Below are positions 9,551 through 20,383 of a stretch of DNA of 64,000 bases, piece by piece (the first letter of the stretch is position 1; each line of letters begins with the position of its first letter). Below the pieces are notes generated by a model. It was not told the DNA's origin. It did not search any database and saw only the letters and a program-made list of their open reading frames with translations. Source of the stretch: Thermoplasmata archaeon (GTDB lineage: Archaea; Thermoplasmatota; Thermoplasmata; Sysuiplasmatales; Sysuiplasmataceae); the NCBI GenBank assembly GCA_021817225.1, contig JAKAVR010000002.1, positions 17,240-81,239 on the forward strand, in the 5' to 3' direction. The position numbers and the translations under genes were made by a program.

Positions 9551-10417
9551 GTGCCGAGAGCGGAATGGGGCCCTGAACGGGATGGTTTTGATGCGGTGAA
9601 ATGGACAGTTTCAATTACACCAGTCACTTTTCTGACAGTCAGCAATAAATATCAACCGCTTGATACAATCGGGGGTTACCCTTTGAATGCCGGAGTCAAA
9701 TGCAGTTCGACCATTGCAAGAATTCCCACTTACATAGAGGGTTTCGATGAAGCGCTCGAAGGCGGGATACCAAGCGGTTATATCGTGCTCATAGCCGGCT
9801 CTCCCGGAACGATGAAATCGACAGTGGCATGCAACATACTCTACAACAACGTGGTTAAGAGGGGGGCCAAATGCATCTATATGACGCTTGAGCAGAGCAG
9901 ACAGAGCCTTGAGACACAGTCGCTCCGCTTCGGGATAGATCTTGGAGCTGTAAGGGAGAGCATGCATGTTCTGGATTTTGCCGTTGTCAGGCGTAATCTC
10001 AAGCACCTCACCGCAGAGAAAAGCTGGATGGAAGTCTTCAAGATGTACATCGGCAATCTGAAGGAGAGCTTTCCGTTTGATTTCGTTGTTATTGATTCGC
10101 TTGATGTTCTGGAGATGGCAAGCGAGATAAAGAACAAGAGGGACGAGCTTTTCTATCTGTTTGAATGGCTCAGGGAACTGAACTCAACGATCCTTCTCAC
10201 CTGTGAAACGCCTGCGGGGAAGCTGATAGAGCTTGGCAACGATGTCTCCTACCTGGCTGACGGCATAATTTCCCTCTACATACAGGATGTGAGCGACGTC
10301 GAGGCACAGCGAAGGATCAGGTGCCTGAAGCTCAGGTCCACAAACCACAGCATGGACTCGTTTACATTCATAACAGAGGGAAACAGATTCATGGCCGTCA
10401 AGGCAATTTCAAAATAA
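9551..10417 (+). CDS. single-domain KaiC-like RecA-superfamily ATPase
   Basis: Walker A IAGSPGTMKST, Walker B FVVIDSLD, KaiC-like layout. The true start may be the in-frame TTG at 9683. Confidence 0.6.
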   Translation: MPRAEWGPERDGFDAVKWTVSITPVTFLTVSNKYQPLDTIGGYPLNAGVKCSSTIARIPTYIEGFDEALEGGIPSGYIVLIAGSPGTMKSTVACNILYNNVVKRGAKCIYMTLEQSRQSLETQSLRFGIDLGAVRESMHVLDFAVVRRNLKHLTAEKSWMEVFKMYIGNLKESFPFDFVVIDSLDVLEMASEIKNKRDELFYLFEWLRELNSTILLTCETPAGKLIELGNDVSYLADGIISLYIQDVSDVEAQRRIRCLKLRSTNHSMDSFTFITEGNRFMAVKAISK

Positions 10418-10551
10418 CCGGCAAATGGCCCGGAACAGCCTGCAGCATGTAAACAGGCACTGAGAGGCCCAGGCGCGAACTTGTGTGCTGCCCTGCAGAA
10501 AAAGAAGCGCACAGCGCATCAGTGAAAGTAAAATGGTTTGCGGTCAGCTCA

Positions 10552-10568
10552 TCTGACGTTGTTGTTGA
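10552..10568. repeat. 3'-flank half of the 16S processing stem (tctgacgttgttgttga)
   Basis: Perfect 17-nt reverse complement of 12128..12144; the two halves bracket the 16S gene. Confidence 0.6.
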
Positions 10569-10598
10569 CGATCTCTGCCATTGCACACTTGATATTCA

Positions 10599-12067
<1,469 letters not shown>

Positions 12068-12127
12068 CTACCACACTAGGTGGTTGGGCACTATTATTTT
12101 AGTGAATTGGCATAGAGACACTCACAT

Positions 12128-12144
12128 TCAACAACAACGTCAGA
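12128..12144. repeat. 5'-flank half of the 16S processing stem (tcaacaacaacgtcaga)
   Basis: Perfect reverse complement of 10552..10568. Partial complementarity (gatctct/agagatc) extends it further. Confidence 0.6.
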
Positions 12145-12429
12145 ATCGAGAGATCACGGCTGGCCGGGGTTCTCGACTCCCCACGAATGTGAACGGTCAC
12201 GAACAGACTTGTTTCACAGCAGGCGTATAGCCAGCTCTCAATCTCGCCGGTAATCCGTTCAGTAAAAGTACCATAGTTTCGACCAGTATATATGCGTTAT
12301 CCTGTGCCCCGATTCATTTGACTGCCCGGCCAATGCTCATGAGAAATCACGCAGCATCGGTGTTTGAGGGAACTTGATGAGGGAAAAGGGAGCTGATTCT
12401 GACAAAACACTTAACAGCAACCTTATACA

Positions 12430-13923
12430 TTGTCATTCCGGGATGCACTTCAAATGAATGACTCTGCGAATTTCGCGGGCTATCAGGCTGACGACATTGA
12501 ATTCCTCGGCATTGTGTTCGGTCCTGTTGGAAGCTACGAGTTCAAGTTTGCTGTCACTGCTTCGGTAGAGAGGAACGAATATGTGCAGGTTCATCACGGC
12601 GCGTATGGTTGGCTCCTTGGCAGGGTGGATGAGGTGAGGCTCGAGACTGATCTGACGAGTGAAGGGGCCAAAAAAGTGGCAATGGGGGAGAGCGTGGCCT
12701 TCAGCGAAGAGGAGATTGCCCAGGCGACCATCGTTGGATACGCCGATGGCAAAGGAGGAATAGCGTCGCCTAAGCAACCTGTTGCTGCAGGAACCCGGGT
12801 ATACAGAGCGACAGACGAGACAATAGCCTCTGTACTTGGTCTTTCAAGCGAAGCGAACGGTGCGCGCATAGGAACGCTGCACGGAAGGGCACTCCCGGTG
12901 CAGATGGACATTGAGGCAATGGTGCAGAAACACATTTCCATAGTTGCAAAGACAGGGGGAGGGAAAAGCTACCTGGCCGGCGTTCTGATGGAGGAAATGC
13001 TTAAGCATTCGGTTACAACACTTGTACTCGACCCACACGGCGAATACGGCTCACTAAGGGATGCGGAGGGAAACGGTGGCCAGAAAAGTGCGTTTGCATC
13101 TGAAGTGATAGAATTTGCAACCGATGTGGAAGTCAATGCCGCAGCCCAGCCATTGCGCTTCACATGCTCAAACTTCAGTGCGTCGGAGCTTCTTTCACTG
13201 ACGGGCATGGCTGAAAACAGGGGGGCGATTTCGGCCCTGACTGTCTGTCTTGAGAGGGTGAAGGAGAAGGGGCAGGATTATGTTATACAGGACATAATAA
13301 CTGAAATGGAGGAAGGCGACAACCCGCTGCTGTCTCAGCTGAGGAAGGAGCTTGGCGTGATTTCTGCAATGAATATTTTTTCCGAACACGGGACGAGAAC
13401 GGATCAGATTGCCAACCCCGGAAAAACAACGATAATAAACTTCAAGGGAGCGACCCCGGAAGTGCAGGGACTGTTCGCAAGAAGGCTTCTTACTGCCCTG
13501 TTTGAGCAGAGGAAGAGGGGAAAGATCCCGCCCCTCCTGGTCGTGCTCGAGGAGGCACACAACTTCTGTCCACAGCAGGGGAAGACAGAGGCGAGCAGGA
13601 TAATAAGAACAATAGCCGCGGAGGGAAGGAAGTTCGGATTGTGGATCATGGTGATTACACAAAGGGCTGCGAAGGTGGACAAGAATGTGCTCAGTCAATG
13701 CAATACGCAGTTCATCCTGAAGCTCACAAACGTCAACGACATCAAAGCTGTGGCATCCTCGGTGGAGGGGATGACAGCAGAGATGCTCCAGGAAATACCC
13801 AGGCTGCAGACAGGCGTTGCAATAGCAATCGGCGGCGGTCTTCCCGTTCCGCTGCTGGTGGATGTGAGGAAGAGGCTGACACGCCACGGGGGCGAAAGCG
13901 TCGGCACTTTATGGAGGAAGTAA
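12430..13923 (+). CDS. HerA-like (DUF87) ATPase/helicase paralog
   Basis: HAS-barrel-like N-terminus. Walker A IVAKTGGGKSY, the HerA hallmark LVLDPHGEY, Walker B LLVVLEEAHNF, and ITQRAAKV. No NurA, Mre11 or Rad50 nearby. Confidence 0.65.
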   Translation: MSFRDALQMNDSANFAGYQADDIEFLGIVFGPVGSYEFKFAVTASVERNEYVQVHHGAYGWLLGRVDEVRLETDLTSEGAKKVAMGESVAFSEEEIAQATIVGYADGKGGIASPKQPVAAGTRVYRATDETIASVLGLSSEANGARIGTLHGRALPVQMDIEAMVQKHISIVAKTGGGKSYLAGVLMEEMLKHSVTTLVLDPHGEYGSLRDAEGNGGQKSAFASEVIEFATDVEVNAAAQPLRFTCSNFSASELLSLTGMAENRGAISALTVCLERVKEKGQDYVIQDIITEMEEGDNPLLSQLRKELGVISAMNIFSEHGTRTDQIANPGKTTIINFKGATPEVQGLFARRLLTALFEQRKRGKIPPLLVVLEEAHNFCPQQGKTEASRIIRTIAAEGRKFGLWIMVITQRAAKVDKNVLSQCNTQFILKLTNVNDIKAVASSVEGMTAEMLQEIPRLQTGVAIAIGGGLPVPLLVDVRKRLTRHGGESVGTLWRK

Positions 13924-14217
13924 ATGGATGAAATTGTGACGGATGACAGGCTCCAGAAGTACCTGACGCTGACCGAGGAGGCCCTTGGAAGGCTGAAGAT
14001 TGCAGTTTCGGCCAGGGGAACGCTGCATGCAGTGGCCCGGGACATGCTGAGGATGGCAGAGGACTACTGCAACGATGCAAAGCATTTCATAAGCGAAGGC
14101 AGGAAGGTGGATGCCTTTGCCTGCCTCAACTACGCCTATGGCTGGATTGACGCGGGAGCCAGGACGGGCCTGTTCGATGTCGGTGACGATTACAAAAAAT
14201 TCACGCTTGGCAAGTGA
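13924..14217 (+). CDS. small archaeal protein, DUF357-like
   Basis: 97 aa. Its ATG is fused to the HerA-like stop (taaATG), which implies translational coupling. The helical profile matches my recollection of DUF357; that family call is from memory only. Confidence 0.4.
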   Translation: MDEIVTDDRLQKYLTLTEEALGRLKIAVSARGTLHAVARDMLRMAEDYCNDAKHFISEGRKVDAFACLNYAYGWIDAGARTGLFDVGDDYKKFTLGK

Positions 14218-14233
14218 GAGCCGCCACAAACGT

Positions 14234-15430
14234 TTATTTTGAGATAGAGACAATCTTTCCGACTATCGCTTCCGCAAGTCCGCGTTTTCCGCCCTTGAAC
14301 GTCTCCACCCCTTCCTTTGTTATAATGTGGGCCCTTGTCTCGTCCGTGCTGACCTCGGATATGTTGTTTGCCACAATGATGTCTGCACCAGTCTCCTTGA
14401 GCCTTTTGGTTGCTCTGGCAATAATCTGACTCTCTTCACCCACTTCGGCCTTGAATGCAACCAGCACCTTGCATTTTCCCCTTACCTCCTCTATGAACTT
14501 GGGCGCTGGTTTCATGTCTAGACTGAAACCGCCTTTCGACGAGGAAATCTTCCCCTTCGTCTTCGGCGGAATGAAGTCGGCGAGAGACGCCGGCACAATC
14601 ACTATGTCAAATTTCTTCCCCTTCAGCCTTTCTATCAGCCCAGTCACACTTTCAAAGGGTGTGCACTTAATGAAGCAAGGCACTTCGGCTGTGACCCTTC
14701 CGCACCAGAATTGGACATTTGCCTTCTCCTCGAATGCAAAGGATGCTATCTCAAGGGCGGTACGTCCCGAGCTCCTGCTTGAGACAAGCCTGAAATCATC
14801 AATCGCCTCTTCACTTGCACCGCCTACTACAAGCACCTGCCTCCCCTTGAGCATACCCCTGGAGAGCAGGCGGGCGACATGCTCCACGATGGTCGCGCCG
14901 TCAATCATTTTTGCCTCGCCTTCCTCTATGACGGTGGGAAGAACCATCACTCCCTGTCTCCTCAGTCTCTCCATATTCCTGACAAGAAAAGGGTTGGCGA
15001 GCATTGACTTTCCCATTGCAGGTGATATAAGAAGCGGCACACCGAGACCGAGAGCATTTAGGCAAACTGTAGTGAGCGCGTCATCGGCTATTGCAACTGA
15101 TATCTTTGAAATCACATCGGCAGTTGCAGGAGCAACAAGCACGACTGTCTTCTTTTGCTCGCTGAAGACGGTCAGGTGCTCGACGTCACCAGTCAGTTCA
15201 GTGATGGGCCGAATGCCGCATGCAAACCTGACGGCTTCTGGAGTGAGAATCTTTGTTGCTGCCTCGGTCATGACAGGGATTACCTCGGCGCCATGCCTGA
15301 TCAGCTGACGGGCCAGCTTGACGCATTCGATTGCCGCTATGCTCCCTGAAATGCAGAGTATCACCCTGCTGCCGTTCAGCCTGTTGTCCACAATTGACAT
15401 CAATCTCTGCGAAGGATGCATTTTGCTCAT
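14234..15430 (-). CDS. coaBC: bifunctional phosphopantothenoylcysteine decarboxylase / phosphopantothenate-cysteine ligase
   Basis: 398 aa. N-terminal flavoprotein domain (ILCISGSIAAIECVKLARQL) plus a C-terminal CoaB domain. Confidence 0.85.
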   Translation of the reverse strand: MSKMHPSQRLMSIVDNRLNGSRVILCISGSIAAIECVKLARQLIRHGAEVIPVMTEAATKILTPEAVRFACGIRPITELTGDVEHLTVFSEQKKTVVLVAPATADVISKISVAIADDALTTVCLNALGLGVPLLISPAMGKSMLANPFLVRNMERLRRQGVMVLPTVIEEGEAKMIDGATIVEHVARLLSRGMLKGRQVLVVGGASEEAIDDFRLVSSRSSGRTALEIASFAFEEKANVQFWCGRVTAEVPCFIKCTPFESVTGLIERLKGKKFDIVIVPASLADFIPPKTKGKISSSKGGFSLDMKPAPKFIEEVRGKCKVLVAFKAEVGEESQIIARATKRLKETGADIIVANNISEVSTDETRAHIITKEGVETFKGGKRGLAEAIVGKIVSISK

Positions 15431-16041
15431 CGACTCCCTATCACATCTTCCACGATACCAACTGCTTCTTCCTTGAGTCTTGATAATTCGGCATCCGCCC
15501 GTACATTGAACTTCCGACCGCTGTACAGTTTCATCTCAGCCGAATAATTAATCCTGACCTTCTTGAGAAAGGCTGCCTTTTCAAATGCCTTCAGTCTTGA
15601 GTCCCTTCCTGCTATCCGCGAGACTGCAATCCCTGGATCACTGTCCATGTATATGATCGCGTGCGGCAACAAACGGAAAGGCTCGTTCAGACACCTTATC
15701 CAGTCGATCATTTTGCCCCTCGCATATCCGGACTCAGCGCCCTGATAGGCGATCGTGGACATAAAATATCTGTCGCATATGACATGCCTGCCTGACCTGA
15801 GCCATTCCTTTATGACCTTTGTATGCGCAGCCCTGTCCGCTGTGAAAGCAAGCGCCTTTGCCCTGACAGAATCAATGTCCCTGTACGGAAGTAGTTCCTC
15901 GATGCTTCTGAGGAACCTGCTGTCGTACGGCTCCGAAGTGAAGACTGCTTTTCTGCCCAGCACACCGCATATGTGCCGGGCGACGGTCGTCTTTCCGCTT
16001 CCATCAATCCCTTCGAGAACAATGAACTTGCCGCCGCTCAT
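15427..16041 (-). CDS. tmk: thymidylate kinase
   Basis: P-loop LEGIDGSGKTT; 204 aa. A 4-nt overlap with coaBC. Confidence 0.8.
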   Translation of the reverse strand: MSGGKFIVLEGIDGSGKTTVARHICGVLGRKAVFTSEPYDSRFLRSIEELLPYRDIDSVRAKALAFTADRAAHTKVIKEWLRSGRHVICDRYFMSTIAYQGAESGYARGKMIDWIRCLNEPFRLLPHAIIYMDSDPGIAVSRIAGRDSRLKAFEKAAFLKKVRINYSAEMKLYSGRKFNVRADAELSRLKEEAVGIVEDVIGSR

Positions 16042-16093
16042 GCAGACTCGTCCCTGAATTTACTTACAGTATGGAATGAAAAAAACAAGGCAA

Positions 16094-17545
16094 TCATCTC
16101 CGGAAGTCCTGCCATCTGAAGATAAGTTCCCTTGCGGCTTTCACCTCATTCACCCGCCTGACAGGGGTGGAGTGGGGTGCAGAATGCAGTATTTCCGGTT
16201 CCTCCGCTGCAATGCTGCAGAAAAGCCCTGCGAGCATGTCAAGACTCTGCTTCGAAAGGTTCTCTGTTGGTTCGATCATAAGCGCTTCGCTCACAATGAG
16301 CGGAAAGTATATCGTCGGAGGATGAACACCGAAATCCATTAGCCTCTTTGCTATGTCAAGCGCCGTAATGCCCCGTCCTGACTTGAGCAGGTCCGCACTT
16401 GCGACAAATTCATGCTTCTTCAGTTTCTTGTATGGAATGTCATAGCTGCCGCTTATCTTCTTCATGAGGTAGTTCGAATTGAGGACCGCCTTCTCACTAT
16501 TCTGCTCCAGCCCGTCGGATCCGTTCATGAGTATGTATATGTAGGCGCGCAGCAGGACAGCGAAATTGCCCATGAATGAATGCACCTTGCCTATGCTCAG
16601 GGGCCTGTTGTAGTCGAGAGCGTAATTGCCTCCATCATTGACAATCCTCGGAACAGGCAAATACTTCTCAAGGAAAGACTTGACACCCACCGGCCCGGCT
16701 CCCGGGCCACCCCCGCCATGGGGAGTTGCGAAAGTCTTGTGCAGATTGAAATGAACAATGTCGAATCCCATCAGCCCTGGATTTGTCTTCCCTATGATCG
16801 CGTTCATGTTGGCGCCGTCATAGTAGAGCAGAGAACCTTTTGAATGGAGGACAGACGCTATTTCCCCCACCCTCTCCTCAAAGAGTCCGAGTGTATTCGG
16901 GTTGGTGAGCATGAAGGCTGCAACCCGCTCGTCAACGACCTTTTCAAGAAGCGCCACATCGACCATTCCATCTTTGGAAGGGAGCTCCACCACTTCGTAT
17001 CCGGCCATGGCTGCACTTGCAGGATTAGTGCCGTGTGCAGAATCAGGTATCAGTATCCTGTCCCTCTTCTCCCCCTTTTCATCGAAGTAAGCCTTGGTCA
17101 CAAGCATGCCTGTGAACTCACCCTGAGCACCACCTGCCGGCTGGAGTGTTACCGCGTCCATTCCCGAAATAGCCGCAAGCATCCTCTCGAGTTCGTACAT
17201 CAACTGAAGAGATCCCTGGATTGTTGAAGATGGCTGAAGGGGATGGATCCTCGATGCGCCTTCAAAGGAGGAAAGGTATTCCGCCACCTTTGGATTGTAT
17301 TTCATTGTGCATGAACCGAGCAGGTGAGGACCGTTGTCCACCGAGTAGCTCATCTGTGAGAGGTTTACATAATGCTGCATCAGGTACCTCTCCGAAATCG
17401 TTGGTATGTTGAGCGATTCCCTTTCCAGCCTTCCCTTGGGAATCGCCTTCTCCGCTGCAGGAACTTTCCTGTCGAAACCGAAAAGCTCGTCGTGCTTGAT
17501 TTCATCGAGCAGAGGCTCTTCCCAGATAGCCTGCGAGAACCTCAT
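16094..17545 (-). CDS. gcvPB: glycine dehydrogenase (decarboxylating) subunit 2
   Basis: PLP-lysine region FNLHKTFATPHGGGGPGAGP; 483 aa. Confidence 0.9.
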   Translation of the reverse strand: MRFSQAIWEEPLLDEIKHDELFGFDRKVPAAEKAIPKGRLERESLNIPTISERYLMQHYVNLSQMSYSVDNGPHLLGSCTMKYNPKVAEYLSSFEGASRIHPLQPSSTIQGSLQLMYELERMLAAISGMDAVTLQPAGGAQGEFTGMLVTKAYFDEKGEKRDRILIPDSAHGTNPASAAMAGYEVVELPSKDGMVDVALLEKVVDERVAAFMLTNPNTLGLFEERVGEIASVLHSKGSLLYYDGANMNAIIGKTNPGLMGFDIVHFNLHKTFATPHGGGGPGAGPVGVKSFLEKYLPVPRIVNDGGNYALDYNRPLSIGKVHSFMGNFAVLLRAYIYILMNGSDGLEQNSEKAVLNSNYLMKKISGSYDIPYKKLKKHEFVASADLLKSGRGITALDIAKRLMDFGVHPPTIYFPLIVSEALMIEPTENLSKQSLDMLAGLFCSIAAEEPEILHSAPHSTPVRRVNEVKAARELIFRWQDFRR

Positions 17546-18864
17546 GCAACCACATCCAGGACGTTCTTGAGTTCAACTATGTCATTCTCCCCCATTCTCT
17601 CATTCACGGCCCACACGGATGCATTGCCCAGCTCCGGGATGAACTGCCCGATCGGTAATCCGCCCAGGATGCCGTGCTCAACAAGTTCAGCCATCAGCCT
17701 TGCGGGCTCTTTCCTTGTCTGAATTGTGATCTCATTATATCCTGGCCCGTCGAACAGGACATTGTAATTCACTCCGTTGAGTTCGCTCATCGCGATCGAA
17801 CGCACTGACTCGGTCTTCCTCGCAACATCTGCGAGTCCTGAAGAGCCAAGTGAGGAGAGGTAGACGGAGGCTGCCACGGAAAGAAGCGTCTCATTGGTGC
17901 ATATGTTGGAAGTCGCCCGGGATCTCCTGATATGCTGCTCCCTCGCCTGAAGCGTGAGGCAGAAGGCCCTCTTTCCATCAGCATCAACCGTTGCCCCCAC
18001 AATGCGGCCCGGCATCTTTCTGACATGCTCCTTCCTGCAGGCGAAGACACCAAGGAGAGGCCCGCCGGTGTTCATGCCAATCCCCAGGGACTGCCCCTCG
18101 CCTATGACGATATCGGCGCCATAATCTCCAGGCGGCTTGACCGATGCAAGCGAGGCCGGGTTCACTCCCACCACCAGCGGCACGTCCCCCAGTGCTTCCT
18201 TGAGATCGATGACAGGCTCGTCATAGAGGCCGAAGAAGTTGGGCATCTCGGCGTAGACGCCACAGGCGTCCTTCTTCGCGTGGGACACCGCCTCATCAAG
18301 ATTGAAATGACCTGTTTTTCTGTCGAAACCGTATTCAACCAAGTTGATAGAGAGCCCCCTCAGGTAGTTTCGCAGAACAGACTTCTTCCATGGTGCAAGC
18401 GCCCTCGGAATCACAAAGGTGCCTCCCTCCCTGATCCTGCGGCACATGGTTGCAGCCTCGCCAAGAGCTGTCGAACCGTCATACATGGATGCGTTGACAG
18501 CATCCATCTGCGTAAGCTCGCTCATCAGACTCTGGTATTCGAATATAAGCTGCAGCAGTCCCTGGCTGAACTCCGCCTGGTATGGTGTATATGCAGTATA
18601 GAGCTCAGATCTCGACAACACCTGGCTGACTACCGAGGGGATAAAAATATCATATATTCCCGAGCCGAGAAAGCACTTCATCTCCGAGCAGTTCTTGTTC
18701 CTGCCTAGCATGGAGCGCACTTGCGAAACGACTTCCATTTCGCTGAGGCCGCTCCGCAGCTTCAGCCCGTTTGCCCTGAATGCGGCAGGTATGTCGGAAA
18801 ACAGCTCTTCAACATTGTCCAATCCAAGAAAGTTGAGCATTTCGCTACGTTCGTCGGAAGGCAT
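17542..18864 (-). CDS. gcvPA: glycine dehydrogenase (decarboxylating) subunit 1
   Basis: 440 aa P-protein N-terminal half, with a 4-nt overlap to gcvPB. Confidence 0.9.
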   Translation of the reverse strand: MPSDERSEMLNFLGLDNVEELFSDIPAAFRANGLKLRSGLSEMEVVSQVRSMLGRNKNCSEMKCFLGSGIYDIFIPSVVSQVLSRSELYTAYTPYQAEFSQGLLQLIFEYQSLMSELTQMDAVNASMYDGSTALGEAATMCRRIREGGTFVIPRALAPWKKSVLRNYLRGLSINLVEYGFDRKTGHFNLDEAVSHAKKDACGVYAEMPNFFGLYDEPVIDLKEALGDVPLVVGVNPASLASVKPPGDYGADIVIGEGQSLGIGMNTGGPLLGVFACRKEHVRKMPGRIVGATVDADGKRAFCLTLQAREQHIRRSRATSNICTNETLLSVAASVYLSSLGSSGLADVARKTESVRSIAMSELNGVNYNVLFDGPGYNEITIQTRKEPARLMAELVEHGILGGLPIGQFIPELGNASVWAVNERMGENDIVELKNVLDVVA

Positions 18865-18940
18865 CGTAATCCGTTTAGCACAGTGGACAATTTAATCTTT
18901 CCCCAAAAGGCGGTTTATTCAAGCAGGGCCGCCGTTGTGG

Positions 18941-19609
18941 TCAGTTGCCATCTATCCTGACAGCTACCTTCCTGTCCACTAGCACTCGAGAGTAAGCCTC
19001 CGGAAGAAAAGCAACATCCTCCTTTTTTACGTCAAACTCGCCGAACTCTGTTGCAAACTTGGGCACGTTTTCAACGAACCTGACCATGACGAACTTGGGT
19101 GCTTGGAGCTGTACGTCTTTCGGCGCTTCGTCCTCCGGCTCCTCAGCTCTCCGTTCCTCTACCACAATGGTTGCCTTGGAAGACAAGGGTCGCGGCGGAA
19201 TTGTCGAAGGTGTGTCTCTTGGAGGGTGCCCCGTGTGCAAGGAAGCATTCTCGTGCTCCCTTACCGCAGATATCATTCGTGTCAGAAACTCTTCCTCCTC
19301 GGCAGAGAGACCCTTCTGTACGGAAGTCTCCGACCTCCGCTGGCTAACAGCAAAGGTCGCCAGCTTCCGTGTCCTGAATTCCCATATCTGGTTGAGCAGC
19401 TTCCTTGCCTCCCTTATCTGAGTCTGAGCCGTATGCAGCAGCTCCCTGTTGGACGAACTTGCCTCTTCTTCCGCCTTCTCGAGTGATGCAATGTACTCTG
19501 CTGCCTTCCTGTAGAAATCATGCGGCAAGTCCACAAGAACATCCCCCCTGAGCGTCCTGTACACCCTTGTGATTTCGGCGTAATCCACTCTGTAATCTTC
19601 GGAAGACAT
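18941..19609 (-). CDS. gins51: GINS subunit Gins51 (Gins15), putative
   Basis: Helical A domain with LPHDFYRKAAEYI, an acidic linker, and a C-terminal beta B domain KFVMVRFVENVPKF...DVAFLPEAYSRVLVDRKVAV. This resembles the archaeal Gins51 pattern. Confidence 0.55.
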   Translation of the reverse strand: MSSEDYRVDYAEITRVYRTLRGDVLVDLPHDFYRKAAEYIASLEKAEEEASSSNRELLHTAQTQIREARKLLNQIWEFRTRKLATFAVSQRRSETSVQKGLSAEEEEFLTRMISAVREHENASLHTGHPPRDTPSTIPPRPLSSKATIVVEERRAEEPEDEAPKDVQLQAPKFVMVRFVENVPKFATEFGEFDVKKEDVAFLPEAYSRVLVDRKVAVRIDGN

Positions 19610-19619
19610 TGCTGTTGGA

Positions 19620-20093
19620 TTGGCAAGTCATTATAAGAAACCTTTTTTTATCAAAGCGGGATATCCTCATCAAGCCTGCGAAAGTGTAGAAATGAGCTCC
19701 ACAATTGACAGACTTGCAAGGATGGAGAAACTACTTGAGCACCTGGTGGAAGAGAGTGCTGAGGCACCCATAATTGTTGAGGGGAGGAACGACAAAGAGG
19801 CGCTCAGGAGACTAGGCATAGGTGGCATTGTGTTCATTGTCAATGGAAGGCACACTTTGTTTCAGATGTGCGAAGACATAAGCAGGGAACACAGGAAGGT
19901 CATACTGCTCACCGACTGGGACAGGAAGGGCGGCCAGATATGCAGCACGCTCTCCAAGGACTTTGCGGCCAACGGTGTCAGGACGGATGAAAAGATAAGG
20001 AGAAGCCTTTCATCGATAAGTTCGGGTGAAATAAAGGATGTTGAAAGCCTTCCACGGCTGGTGGAGAGGCTTAGAACCAAGGGAAAAAGGTGA
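19620..20093 (+). CDS. small Toprim-domain protein (COG1658-like)
   Basis: Toprim acidic motifs IIVEGRNDKEALRRLG and LLTDWDRKGGQI. The start may be the internal M at about 19692. Confidence 0.6.
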   Translation: MASHYKKPFFIKAGYPHQACESVEMSSTIDRLARMEKLLEHLVEESAEAPIIVEGRNDKEALRRLGIGGIVFIVNGRHTLFQMCEDISREHRKVILLTDWDRKGGQICSTLSKDFAANGVRTDEKIRRSLSSISSGEIKDVESLPRLVERLRTKGKR

Positions 20094-20175
20094 AAAACCG
20101 GTTCAAGGCGTGCGCCACGGAGGCGCTGACATCAGAAAGGTTATTATTCGACCTCCAGTATCCGCTCAAACTGAC

Positions 20176-20269
20176 GGGTCCGTAGCTCAGCTAGGTAGAG
20201 CAATCGGCTCTTAACCGAAAGGTCGAGGGTTCGAAAGACAACACATGTCCGAACATCCCTCCGGGCCCG
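20176..20269 (+). tRNA. tRNA-Lys (anticodon CUU) with a 20-nt non-canonical intron in the T-loop (about 20236..20255)
   Basis: Cloverleaf: acceptor GGGTCCG/CGGGCCC, D arm GCTC-loop-GAGC, anticodon loop CTCTTAA, T-stem GAGGG/CCCTC, discriminator G. The T-loop is interrupted by 20 nt that fold into a BHB (helix-bulge-helix-bulge-helix) motif; splicing restores the T-loop TTCGAAT. A T-rich tract follows. Confidence 0.75.
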
Positions 20270-20383
20270 CCTGACTGTTTTCTTTGTTTTTCAGCTGATG
20301 CACTGCCCGTGGTCTGTATTTCAGCACCACTCATGCAAGCTGGATTCGGGCCTTCCTGCGACAAATAATATATCACGTACTGC

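Noticed and set aside
9474-9614. Longer 484-aa form of glyA
   Set aside because: The extra 47 codons overlap the divergent KaiC-like ORF and add an N-terminal extension atypical for SHMT. An internal start is more plausible.
10418-10598. Expected an ITS with tRNA-Ala and a 23S gene downstream of the 16S
   Set aside because: The 180-nt trailer has no tRNA-like fold and runs straight into the KaiC-like gene. The rRNA operon is unlinked.
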